From Minisyncoccia bacterium (GTDB taxonomy: Bacteria; Patescibacteriota; Minisyncoccia; Phycocordibacterales; UBA9973), in NCBI GenBank assembly GCA_039809265.1, contig JBDHUR010000004.1, positions 1 to 55,211 on the forward strand: a DNA stretch of 55,211 bases. Reading direction: 5' to 3'. A program made the translations under genes and the position numbers. Below are positions 17,892-27,800 of this stretch, in pieces (the first letter of the stretch is position 1; the number at the start of each line of letters is the position of its first letter). The notes beneath the pieces are model-generated. The model did not search any database, had not been told where the DNA came from, and saw only the letters and a list, made by a program, of their open reading frames with translations.

Positions 17892-19709
17892 ATGAATTTG
17901 AAGCATATAAGGAATTTCAGCATTATCGCTCATATAGACCACGGCAAAAGTACTTTGGCGGACAGGATGCTGGAAGTTACAAATACTATAGAAAAGCGCA
18001 AAATGAAAGACCAGGTATTAGACTCCATGGAGCTTGAGCGCGAGCGGGGTATTACGATAAAGATGCAGCCGGTTCGGATGGAATTTCCCCATAATGGGGA
18101 AAGTTTTGAGCTTAATCTCATAGATACTCCTGGACACATAGATTTTTCTTACGAGGTTTCTAGAGCACTCAAAGCAGTGGAGGGTTCTATTTTGCTTGTG
18201 GACTCTACGCAGGGAGTGCAGGCACAGACACTGACAACTCTTGGTATGGCAAGAGAGTCTGGGCTCAAGATCATCCCCGTCCTTTCAAAGGTTGATTCGC
18301 CTCTTGCCCGAGTGGAAGAAGTGAAGTTTGAAGTTGCAAAGCTTCTGGACTGCGACTTGGACGATATTTTGGAAGTCTCTGGGAAAACAGGTCAAGGCGT
18401 TGCAGAACTTTTGCACGAAGTTGTAGAACGCATCCCATCACCTACTACAGAGTTCGCCGGTGCTTCCGACTTGCGCTCGCTCGTTTTTGACTTTAAATAT
18501 TCCGACCACAAAGGTGTTATAGTCTATGTTCGCGTACTAGACGGCTCTGCAAAAAAAGGGGAGAATATGCTTTTTAAAGTCGCAGATGAAAAATTTATTT
18601 CCCTAGAGGTTGGTACTTTTTCGCCGGAAGAATATCCACGCGAAACTTTGTCGGCTGGAAGTATAGGCTACATTGTGACAGGCATAAAAAAGCCTGGTAT
18701 TGCTTCGGTGGGAGACACTATCACTCTGCTCAAAAATCCTCTGCCGGCATTTCCTGGGTATTTGAATCCGCAGCCTGTCGTCTGGGCATCTGTTTATCCA
18801 GAGTCCCAAGATGACTTCAATCAGCTTCGTATGGCGCTTGGGCGTTTGAAGCTTTCTGATTCCGCTTTTTCTTTTGAAGAAGAATCTTCTGGCGCGCTTG
18901 GGCGCGGATACAGGTGCGGTTTCCTTGGTATGCTTCACCTTGAGATAATAACAGAGCGGCTAAAACGGGAATTCAATCTAGAGCTGGTTTTGACCACGCC
19001 TTCTATAACTTACTATGTAACTTTGAAAAACGGCAAGAAAGAAAATATATATTCTCCGCATCTTTTTCCAAACGACGGCGAGATAGTGTCCATAGACGAG
19101 CCGTGGGTAAATATCACACTGATTACTCCGACAGCATACCTCGGCAATGTGATGCAGCTGCTTTTTGACCACGAAGCGGAAGTCGGCAAGACAGACAACT
19201 TTGGAGATGACAGAACAGAGATGGAGATAAAGATGCCGCTGCGTGAGATGATGCGAAACTTTTTTGACGAGCTGAAAAGCTCTACTTCAGGCTTTGCTTC
19301 TATATCTTACAAAATCGGCGAGCTGCGCAAGGCAGATGTGACAAGGCTTGATATACTTGTAGCAGACGAAGTTGTGCCTGCTTTCACTAGAGTTGTCTCA
19401 AAAAGGAAGGCTTATGAAGAAGCTGAACAAGCAGTAGAGAAACTTCATAGCATCTTGCCCAGACAGCAATTTGCTACCAAAATCCAGGGTTTTGCTTTGG
19501 GAAGGATTTTATCTTCGCGTACACTTTCTGCTTATAGGAAAGACGTGTTGATGCACGGATCAAAAGTTGTTGGCGGCGGAGATGTTTCCCGCAAAAAGAA
19601 ACTTTTGGAAAAGCAGAAAAAGGGAAAAGAGCGTATGAAAGAGCGTGGCCGCGGCAACGTGAATATTCCGCAAGATGTTTTCTTGAAAATGATGCGCTCG
19701 GGGCAGTGA
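17892..19709 (+). CDS. lepA: Elongation factor 4 (LepA)
   Basis: IAHIDHGKSTLADR; DTPGHIDF; RKKKLLEKQKKGK. Confidence 0.97.
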   Translation: MNLKHIRNFSIIAHIDHGKSTLADRMLEVTNTIEKRKMKDQVLDSMELERERGITIKMQPVRMEFPHNGESFELNLIDTPGHIDFSYEVSRALKAVEGSILLVDSTQGVQAQTLTTLGMARESGLKIIPVLSKVDSPLARVEEVKFEVAKLLDCDLDDILEVSGKTGQGVAELLHEVVERIPSPTTEFAGASDLRSLVFDFKYSDHKGVIVYVRVLDGSAKKGENMLFKVADEKFISLEVGTFSPEEYPRETLSAGSIGYIVTGIKKPGIASVGDTITLLKNPLPAFPGYLNPQPVVWASVYPESQDDFNQLRMALGRLKLSDSAFSFEEESSGALGRGYRCGFLGMLHLEIITERLKREFNLELVLTTPSITYYVTLKNGKKENIYSPHLFPNDGEIVSIDEPWVNITLITPTAYLGNVMQLLFDHEAEVGKTDNFGDDRTEMEIKMPLREMMRNFFDELKSSTSGFASISYKIGELRKADVTRLDILVADEVVPAFTRVVSKRKAYEEAEQAVEKLHSILPRQQFATKIQGFALGRILSSRTLSAYRKDVLMHGSKVVGGGDVSRKKKLLEKQKKGKERMKERGRGNVNIPQDVFLKMMRSGQ

Positions 19710-19718
19710 TAAAAATTT

Positions 19719-20420
19719 ATGAATTTTCATATCGTAACTTTATTTCCAGAGATGTTTGACTCATATTTAAGCGAGAGTATTTTGGCGCGGGCGATAAAAG
19801 AAAAAAAGATTTCTGTGAAGTTTTATAATCCTAGACTTTTTGTGACTGGCAAATATAAGAAAGTCTGGCCAGACGGGAATGTAAGCCAGATAGTGGATGA
19901 CAGGCCTTATGGCGGCGGGCCTGGAATGGTGATTCGTGCCGAGCCGGTTTTGAAAGCTGTAGAGAAGGCACTGGCCAATATTTTGAGGAGGCGCGGTATT
20001 GCGAAAATAATTCTTTTCTCTCCATCTGGAAAGAAATTCACCACAGAGTATGCAAAAAGTTCTGTAAAGAAATATACAGACATTGTGCTGATTTCAGGCA
20101 GATATGAGGGCATAGACGCCAGAGTGAAAAAGATTTTGAAAGCAGAAGAAATGTCCATCGGAGACTATGTTTTAACTGGTGGAGAATTACCGGCTATGGT
20201 CTTGGTGGACAGTATTGCCCGGCAGGTATCAGGCGTGCTGGGGAAATATGAATCTTTAGAAGAAGAACGTGTATCTTCCGGAGAATTTTACACTAGGCCG
20301 GAAGTCCTGGAATGGAAAGACAAAAAAAGCGGTAATATAAAAAAGTATAGGGTGCCAAAAGTTTTGCTATCTGGCCACCAGAAGAATATTGACGAATGGA
20401 AGTCGGGCAAAAGGAAGTAA
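19719..20420 (+). CDS. trmD: tRNA (guanine37-N1)-methyltransferase
   Basis: VDDRPYGGGPGM; GRYEGID; SIGDYVLTGGE; VPKVLLSGH. Confidence 0.97.
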   Translation: MNFHIVTLFPEMFDSYLSESILARAIKEKKISVKFYNPRLFVTGKYKKVWPDGNVSQIVDDRPYGGGPGMVIRAEPVLKAVEKALANILRRRGIAKIILFSPSGKKFTTEYAKSSVKKYTDIVLISGRYEGIDARVKKILKAEEMSIGDYVLTGGELPAMVLVDSIARQVSGVLGKYESLEEERVSSGEFYTRPEVLEWKDKKSGNIKKYRVPKVLLSGHQKNIDEWKSGKRK

Positions 20421-20468
20421 TTCACACAAGACGCTTCCCATATATTTGTATACACATATAATATGTAT

Positions 20469-22604
20469 ATGAGCAAAAAAACTATAGCTTTCAGCTCGTT
20501 TGCCTTGGCAGTATTTGTTGTAGCGTTTTGGCTGTCGTCTCGTGTTTCAGCAGATGATACGTTTGCTAAACTCTACCGTGTAGACAGCACCCAAATCTCT
20601 GCAGCCGCGACAGCTGCCGTGCTTTCTAGTCCTAAAAAAGAAGCAGAAGCGCCTAAATATATGTATGAGATGAACAGAAATCTTCTTTTGAATGGCATAA
20701 ACTATAAATCAAAATCAGTTTTTGCAACAGACGAAGTAAAAAAAGTATCGCAGCAAAACATTGTAAATGTGTTAACAGAACGCAAAAAAGTATTGCTGGC
20801 TATGCTTGCAACAAATCCAAAACTTGTCGGAGCATATGCATTGCCACTTCTGACGAGGTCTCTGCTCCCGTCTGGACTGGAGAGTATGTATGAACAGCAA
20901 AAGACTATTACAGGTACACTTGTGGCTTTCCATAAAGAAAATTTCTTGGATCAAGATCATGACATGGACGCGGATTTTGAATACCAGATAGTCAGCCAAA
21001 AGGAAAGATATGCTTTCTATCCGACAAAGCCTGTCGGTGTGCAAACTGGCACACAAGTGTCTGTGCGCGGGCTACTGCTGGATAGAAATATCATAGGTGA
21101 AGTCTCTGTGGGTGGACAGGCTTCGCGCGGAGCCGCACCTGCCAATCCGCCAACTATTGCTCCTTCTGCCAACCATCGGCTGCTTGTACTGCTTGCCAAC
21201 TACAACGATGCTACGAATGTGCCTTTTACTCCTGCTGATGCGAAGGCAAAAATATTTACCGGACCATTTGCGAGTTTCTACAAAGAACAATCATATGGAA
21301 AAATATCTTTCTCTGGCGATGTGTACGGCTGGTACACCGTGCCGCGGCCGACAGGCTCTTGTGACAATCCGACTTTGGGCTGGGACGGGGACTTAGATGG
21401 ATTTGTTGCATCTAGCTCTATAAATCTTGCGAATTATGACCATGTGCTGGTAGTAACAAATTGCTCGGGCGGCTATGCCAAAGGTTTCGCCTATGTTGGA
21501 TCTTCGCCAATGCTTGTGAACAACCAGATGTACAACCTCTCTACATCTTGGGTAAATTCCTCTGGGCAAATGTCCCTACAAAATTCTCTTTGGACATTTA
21601 CTCCTCCGCCGTTTGCTTGGAGTAACTTGGATTCTATGGTGGCACACGAGGTGGGGCACGGGCTTGGACTTTGGCATGCAAACGGCTACGATTGCGGCGC
21701 AATAACTCTGGACTCTCACGCTATGGGGCAAAGTGCTATATGCTCGCATGTAGAGTACGGCAATCCGTTTGACATAATGGGAGATGAAAGGGGATATGGC
21801 TTTCATACAAATCCTTTTTATAAAGAAATGCTTGGCTGGTTGGACTCTTCAAACATGACTACGGCAACTTCAAGCGGTAGCTATACACTGGCTCCATACG
21901 AAACATCTGTAGGCAAAAAAGCTGTGAAAATCGTAATGGCGGGCAGTTCTACTGCGTCGTACTATGTGGAGTGGCGGCAGCCGATAGGTTTTGATAGGCT
22001 GCTTGCCAATGGCGCTGTTTCCTCAAACCAAGACGGGATTGTCATAACTCGTGCGTATAGCGACGCCATGACACCACCATACAACCAGACACGTATGTTG
22101 GACGCACGTCCAACTTCTGATACTTGGACTAATGATATAAAGACTTCTACGCTAAACGGCTCATCTGTTTTTACTGATCCTCGTACTGGCATAAGTATTG
22201 GCCCTATAACTTCCAAGACAAAAAACGCCATAACATTTAGCGTGGACATAGCTTCAGTGGCTTGTGTGCACGAGAACCCAATGTTCCTTTACCCAGACAC
22301 ATACGGGCTAAATGTCGGCCCAGGGTCAACGTTTGCGCTTTTCCCAACAGTTTGGAATGACGACTATACTGGCTGTGCGCCGGCAGACATGCTTGTGACT
22401 ATGGTATTGCCATCAGGTATGAACGCCAGTCAGCTGACTTACACTATGCAGAACCTTGCTCCAGAAAATGCAGACACGGCACAGCTACCAGATATTACAG
22501 TTTCTAGCTCTATGGCTCCAGGAACATACAACATCGGCTTGCAGGTGCAAAACTTGGCTGGAACTCTTAGCTCAATGACATCTGTGCCGATAGTTGTGCA
22601 GTAA
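20469..22604 (+). CDS. Secreted zinc metalloprotease (M6/M11 gametolysin-like metzincin)
   Basis: Signal peptide; HEVGHGLGLWH; EYGNPFDIMG Met-turn; C-terminal Ig-like domain; ATG 20469 lies 6 nt after TATAAT. Confidence 0.8.
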   Translation: MSKKTIAFSSFALAVFVVAFWLSSRVSADDTFAKLYRVDSTQISAAATAAVLSSPKKEAEAPKYMYEMNRNLLLNGINYKSKSVFATDEVKKVSQQNIVNVLTERKKVLLAMLATNPKLVGAYALPLLTRSLLPSGLESMYEQQKTITGTLVAFHKENFLDQDHDMDADFEYQIVSQKERYAFYPTKPVGVQTGTQVSVRGLLLDRNIIGEVSVGGQASRGAAPANPPTIAPSANHRLLVLLANYNDATNVPFTPADAKAKIFTGPFASFYKEQSYGKISFSGDVYGWYTVPRPTGSCDNPTLGWDGDLDGFVASSSINLANYDHVLVVTNCSGGYAKGFAYVGSSPMLVNNQMYNLSTSWVNSSGQMSLQNSLWTFTPPPFAWSNLDSMVAHEVGHGLGLWHANGYDCGAITLDSHAMGQSAICSHVEYGNPFDIMGDERGYGFHTNPFYKEMLGWLDSSNMTTATSSGSYTLAPYETSVGKKAVKIVMAGSSTASYYVEWRQPIGFDRLLANGAVSSNQDGIVITRAYSDAMTPPYNQTRMLDARPTSDTWTNDIKTSTLNGSSVFTDPRTGISIGPITSKTKNAITFSVDIASVACVHENPMFLYPDTYGLNVGPGSTFALFPTVWNDDYTGCAPADMLVTMVLPSGMNASQLTYTMQNLAPENADTAQLPDITVSSSMAPGTYNIGLQVQNLAGTLSSMTSVPIVVQ

Positions 22605-22689
22605 CATTTGGTAAAATCTAAAAGCAATAGGCTGGATTTTAGGCGTTTTATCTGCTAGTATGTTGACACATTGCCAAGCGGCATTTGAC

Positions 22690-22762
22690 GGGGCTTATGG
22701 TGTAACGGTTAACACTGGGGTTTGTGGAACCCTCGATTCGGGTTCGATTCCCGATAAGCCCC
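22690..22762 (+). tRNA. tRNA-His (GTG), CCA not encoded
   Basis: G(-1); acceptor GGGCTTA/TAAGCCC; anticodon loop TTGTGGA; T arm TCGGG-TTCGATT-CCCGA; discriminator C. Confidence 0.93.
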
Positions 22763-22974
22763 CTTTTCGGGATTTAATATAACTGAGTCAGGTAATTTGG
22801 TCGGCATTGTCCGCAATCTTTTGCTTTTTGCATACCGCTTGAACGAGCCCATTGAAATCCCGAAGGCGGATGAACCCCCGAAATGGTCCCGAAGATCGCA
22901 CACAGGGTAGAATCCGGCAAATTACGCCCTAAACAGCGATTAATCCATATGGAATAAGGACTTATTGCTGTAGA

Positions 22975-23003
22975 TTGACAAATAGACTGTAAAGTGATAC
23001 AAT
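22975..23003 (+). promoter_or_regulatory. Sigma70-type promoter of the DGR target gene
   Basis: TTGACA-17-TACAAT with TGn extension. Confidence 0.75.
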
Positions 23004-23081
23004 ATAGTACAGAATACAGTAAACCTCTTGCTGTCTTCGGTATAACGAGTAGAGGCTCTTTCAAAAATAAAAAGGAAAAAG

Positions 23082-23717
23082 ATGAGAACAAAAACTCTCG
23101 AGCAGAACACGGCGCAAGATTTCGCTGGACTGCAAATTGACCAGTTGCAAAAACTTCGCAACGGCAACATTACGTACGAACAGGTGAAATGGTTTAACAA
23201 CCTTTCCTACGAACAGCGTCAGCAGTTGATGGGTAAGCAACCTGAAAAGGCTGCCATCCTCAAATGCATCTCTGAAGCGCAGGAGATCTTTATCGAAACC
23301 TGTGACGGCACTAAAACTATTGCAACCGCCAAAGAAACCTTTAAATCAGGAATTGATAGCGACTTCAAAAACTGGGACACCAACAAACCCGGGAACTCCA
23401 CACAGAAAACCTCTGTGCAGGTTCGCGAGTTGGTGAAGGATGCAACGTTTGCACAAATGTTCGGCTCCCTCGGGACCGATCTGGACAAGCTGTGTCTGAC
23501 ACAGCACCAGATAAAACTGTTTTGTGAGGTTCACAAAGACTGGTTACGCAAAGACGGATATGCGACCTTCTTCCTGTTCAAGGTTGATGAGCAATTCTTC
23601 GTTGCCTACGTGCTCGTGTCCTCTGGCGGCTTGTACGTCTGCGTGTACCGGTTCGAGCTCGACTACGTTTGGGATGCCGAGTACTCCCCTCGTGTGGTAG
23701 TTCCGCAACGCTCTTGA
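23082..23717 (+). CDS. DGR target (variable) protein, CPR cytoplasmic C-type-lectin-like family
   Basis: C-terminus [38 protein letters not shown] with NNC codons at alternating positions; no signal peptide. Confidence 0.8.
   Translation: MRTKTLEQNTAQDFAGLQIDQLQKLRNGNITYEQVKWFNNLSYEQRQQLMGKQPEKAAILKCISEAQEIFIETCDGTKTIATAKETFKSGIDSDFKNWDTNKPGNSTQKTSVQVRELVKDATFAQMFGSLGTDLDKLCLTQHQIKLFCEVHKDWLRKDGYATFFLFKVDEQFFVAYVLVSSGGLYVCVYRFELDYVWDAEYSPRVVVPQRS
23595..23717 (+). other. DGR variable region (VR)
   Basis: Only 10 A in 23595-23700 (106 nt); TAC/CTC/TCC/TGC/GGC codons where a template AAC is expected. Confidence 0.75.
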
Positions 23718-23809
23718 AACTTTTCGGCTTAGAACCTTTTGTTCTGAAACTTATTTTCTTAATCCCTTTGACTCTTAATCGAGCCAGAGGGATTTTTTAT
23801 ATAAAATCC
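23718..23809 (+). promoter_or_regulatory. T-rich IMH-like segment and downstream hairpin (DGR cis element and/or terminator)
   Basis: TGAAACTT twice; stem 23761-23774/23781-23794 with TTAATC loop and T-run; second palindrome 23790-23809. Confidence 0.55.
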
Positions 23810-24021
23810 GTATAATGGATATGCAGTGGTGCGGTATCCGACGGTCACAGCTTTCGGGTCACGATTGCTCAAAATCATCATCGAGAATTTTGCCGGTCAC
23901 GGCTTGCAAAAGAGTGGGGGTCATTTTGAAACAAAAAACTTTTCAGTTGGTGCGGTGCGCTTGCGGACTTTCATGTCCCGAATAAAATACAGCACGGTCC
24001 TTGATGGAAACATGCTTGGAT

Positions 24022-24316
24022 CGGAAGGCATTTGTTTTCCCATGACAATTGCAAAAAAAATTTCACGCCATCGAGCTTTGATATAGAAATAGTGATTCGA
24101 TTGATCTTTTGATCTCCCGACATATACAGCGAAACAAAAACATTTTCTAGTAGTTCCAAAAAATAACAGTCAATCTTGCTGCCAAGATTATGGCGGTAAG
24201 TTTTGGGAAAATCAGCCAGTATTTTAAACCAGAGTGAGTATGATGCTTTTGCTTTTATTAGCACTGAAGGTGCTCGGGTAGGCAATAAGCCTTAGTTTTT
24301 CTCGAAAAATTTGCAT
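24022..24316 (-). pseudogene. avd: Truncated DGR accessory variability determinant (Avd, four-helix bundle)
   Basis: SYSLWFKILADFPKTYRHNLGSKIDCYFLELLENVFVSLY...SKLDGVKFFLQLSWENKCLP; the expected final helix (EIGRMLGGW-like) is missing; ATG 24316 is out of frame with the TTG 24285 frame. Confidence 0.75.
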
Positions 24317-24437
24317 ATACCCCTCATCAAGAAGTATAGTTAGAAGGTCATTCTGGCTCTGCCCCACAATTCTTGCGTTAGATTTCTCTCAAAGTTTTTG
24401 TTATAATGCACCTATTACCAGTTTATTTTAATTTGTT

Positions 24438-24803
24438 ATGACTACAATTTTTATTATCGGGCGAATAATTTTCGGAGGTTACTTTATTTACAGCTCTTTG
24501 GGTCATTTCTTTGGCACAAAGGGTATGGCAGGCTTTGCGGCTAGCAAGGGTGTGCCAATGCCAAAGCTTGCTGTAGTAGTCTCTGGTATATTACTGCTTC
24601 TTGGTGGGGTTGGCATAATTACTGGCTTTGCTGTAAAGATTGCGCTTCTCTGTCTTGTGGTGTTCTTTATATTTGTTACCCCTGCTATGCACGCTTTCTG
24701 GAAGGATACAGATCCTATGGTGAAGATGAATAACAAGATACAGTTTGCAAAGAATGTAGCTATCCTTGGCGCTATCATTATGATGCTTGCACCGTTCTTC
24801 TAG
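24438..24803 (+). CDS. DoxX-family membrane protein
   Basis: GRIIFGGYFIYSSLGHF; HAFWK; FAKNVAILGA. Confidence 0.88.
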   Translation: MTTIFIIGRIIFGGYFIYSSLGHFFGTKGMAGFAASKGVPMPKLAVVVSGILLLLGGVGIITGFAVKIALLCLVVFFIFVTPAMHAFWKDTDPMVKMNNKIQFAKNVAILGAIIMMLAPFF

Positions 24804-24836
24804 TCTTTGCTTAAGCATGTAAAAATCTAAAGTTTG

Positions 24837-24872
24837 AAAAGAGCGGTATTCCACAAGGAATACCGCTCTTTT
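24837..24872 (+). terminator. Intrinsic terminator
   Basis: 16-bp perfect stem AAAAGAGCGGTATTCC/GGAATACCGCTCTTTT. Confidence 0.85.
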
Positions 24873-24895
24873 CTTGATACAATGAAGAAGTACTT

Positions 24896-27800
24896 ATGCT
24901 TTGGGATAGGGAAAAAAGAGCTCACAAACATATGCTCCATGCAATTGCCATGGCAGTGGTGTTCGTGCTGGGTTTTTCTATGATCGCAAGTTCTCGTGCG
25001 GCAGTGAACTATATGGCGTCTGGTTTGTTGGGGCAGTTTGGTTTAATCCCAGTATATGGACCGCATACAAGTACATATGCAACTACAGATGCAGACGATG
25101 GTGAAGCGGGTCCAAATGATTACGGCTTCAACAATCCTGGCGATTTGGCTCTCGATGTCGTACATCATAGACTTTTCGTTTCTGATACCGTGAATAACAG
25201 GATACTTGTTTTTAATTTGGATACTGACAATCATATAAACGACTACCAGGCAGATTTTGTTCTCGGACAACCAGATTTTACTACAACGTCTTGGACCCGC
25301 GCGAGTCACCCGGAAAATTCTTTTGGATATGGATCAGCATATCACAAAATACCAATTGCTTATAACCCAGCCAATGATTTACTTTTTGTTGCTGATAGTA
25401 CGGATTACTACAAAAAGAGGATTTTGGTTTTTGATGTTTCGTCTATTACAAATGGTCAAGCTGCGTCAAAGGCAATAGGTAATTTTGTTACAAGTTTGGA
25501 TGATACGACTTTCTCAGGATGGAACATGTCTTCTTTTTTATCTCTGTCCGTAGATCCAAGCTTTGGCCTCCTTTATGCTTCTGTGGGTGTTGAAGACTAT
25601 ATAAATTACCACTCTGCTGAAGTTCAAGTTTTTGATATATCTGGTGGATTGGCAGGTATCACTAACGGTCAACAGCCGGTACACTACCTTGAAGCGGACG
25701 GAGAGTCTGCAAATGCAATGGAAGATTGTTCATACCAGATGTCTCCAGATGGCCACAATTTTTGTCCAGGCGGTCTTGCTGCTGTACCCGGGCATGGTCT
25801 TTTTGTTGCGGACTGGCTTTACAATAGAGTATTGTACTTTGATTTTTCAGCCGGAGTTGGGTCTATTACAGACTACATGGACGCATCAAATGTACTTGGC
25901 GCGCCAGACTTATACACTCCAGGAGCTGGTAGTTACGGAAATCTTAATACTGACATAGTAGGCCTGGGGGCACTCCAAAATATATCTTATGACTCCAAAA
26001 ATGATACTGGAAATCTTTATGTATCCATAGGTTCGGGGGTTCTAGTTTATCATATAAAAGGGACTGTGGTTGACTACATGCAAAATCTATCAGGCGATTG
26101 TAGTGATGTGTGCAGTGGGCCAAATATTTATCCGCCGTTTTATGGATCAGATCTTTGGTACTACACAGGGGATAATTATTTGCTTGCCGGGGATGCTATC
26201 GGTGTAGCTGGATCTCCAGACGGCACTGTCTTTATCGCTGACACTGGCCGCAATCGTGTTACGCAGTTTGAGTCACTTGATAGTTATTCGAATGGTTATA
26301 GTTTGTATCCTCAGCCAACAGGGGTTTTGGGGCAGACTGATGTGTCTGTAAGTTATGAATGGGATACAACAACACCCATATATACACAAAGTGACCAATA
26401 CAGTGGCGCAGCAGATCCAAATGAAGTTGGATTGTACCAGCCATATGATATTGCTGTTGATACAGTTCACCACAGGCTATTTGTAAGTGATCATGCTAGT
26501 AGTTCAATACATGTATTCAACTTAGATAGCTATAATAATCTTCTAGACAATGTAGCTGATGTTGCTTTGGGTCAAGCAAGTTTTAGTGCCAATGATCACA
26601 CTGTCAACCATTTCCAATTATCTTCGCAAGGTCTTATTGCTTATGATACCGTTGATGATAGATTGTTTGTGGCTGATGTGGGTCATAATCGTGTCGGGGT
26701 TTGGGATACATCTGTTCTGTCAAATGGAGGTCTTTCTTTTAAAAATGTGTTAGGTAAACCAGATTTATATTCTGAAGGAGAACCTACAAGTGTTAATGCC
26801 AGTGAAATAGATATTCCTTCAGCTATAGCTTATGACTCTGTTCATAAAAGACTCTTTGTTGCAGACAGCAATGTAAATGAGAACGGTCATTCTTTTGTTA
26901 GAATACTTGTCTATGATCTTAGTGGTGGACTGAATTGGTACGAGACTAAAGATGCTGACTATGTTTTGGGTCAAAGTAGTTTAACATCTGGAGATTATGA
27001 GATACCTGGTATATCAGATACACCAACCGCATCAGGTTTTGGGAACGTTGGTTCATTGGAATACGATTCAAATAACAACCGGCTTTATGTTGGCGATAGC
27101 ACAAATAGCCGAGTGCTTGTTTTCGATGTTTCAGATATACACAACGGCGAAGATGCGTCGTATGTTATTGGAGCACCGGACTTTACGACAGCAGGAACAC
27201 TCATTGACTTAAACGGGATAACTTTGGACGGGACTAGCACCACTTTATTTATCTCACGTGGCTTTTATGGTGTATATGCATATAACATCTCCGATATGGA
27301 AGTTGGAGCTCAGGAAGTTGGGCAATTTGCATCTGATGGAGGCCCAAATCAGTATCAAACTGCAGTAGTTTATAATACAGGTTTTGACGATCTTAATCAG
27401 AGGCTTTATGTGAGTGATCTTGGCAATAATCGCGTTCTATACTTCAACCTAATACAAATAAACCCAGTAACTCCAACTACATACTCAGCAGAAGTTGGAC
27501 AGCCATTTTCTACTACACCAGCAACTACAAATGCGCAAGGAGATGTGACCTTTGGACTTGTGAGTGGCACAGGTGCACCCCCAGATGGAATAACTTTTAG
27601 CTCAAGTATTTCTGGTACTCCAACTACTGCCGGTACATATACTTTCAAGATTCGCGCACAAGACAATATAGACACAAACAACTACATACCATCGGCACCG
27701 TTTGAGGTGACTGTAAATGTTGCACCAGCGCCCGGAGGCGGTTCGACTGGGACATCGACAAGTGGCAGCGGTTCTACTGGCGTAGTTTTACCTCCATCAT

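Noticed and set aside
23826-24086. Plus-strand 86-aa ORF as an RT fragment
   Set aside because: No RT motifs; weak look-alikes on the minus strand (SIKDRAV, RILY) are broken by stops and are not convincing.
22740-24900. Duplicated tRNA-His 3' end (attR) defining an integrated element
   Set aside because: No second copy of GATTCCCGATAAGCCC found downstream.
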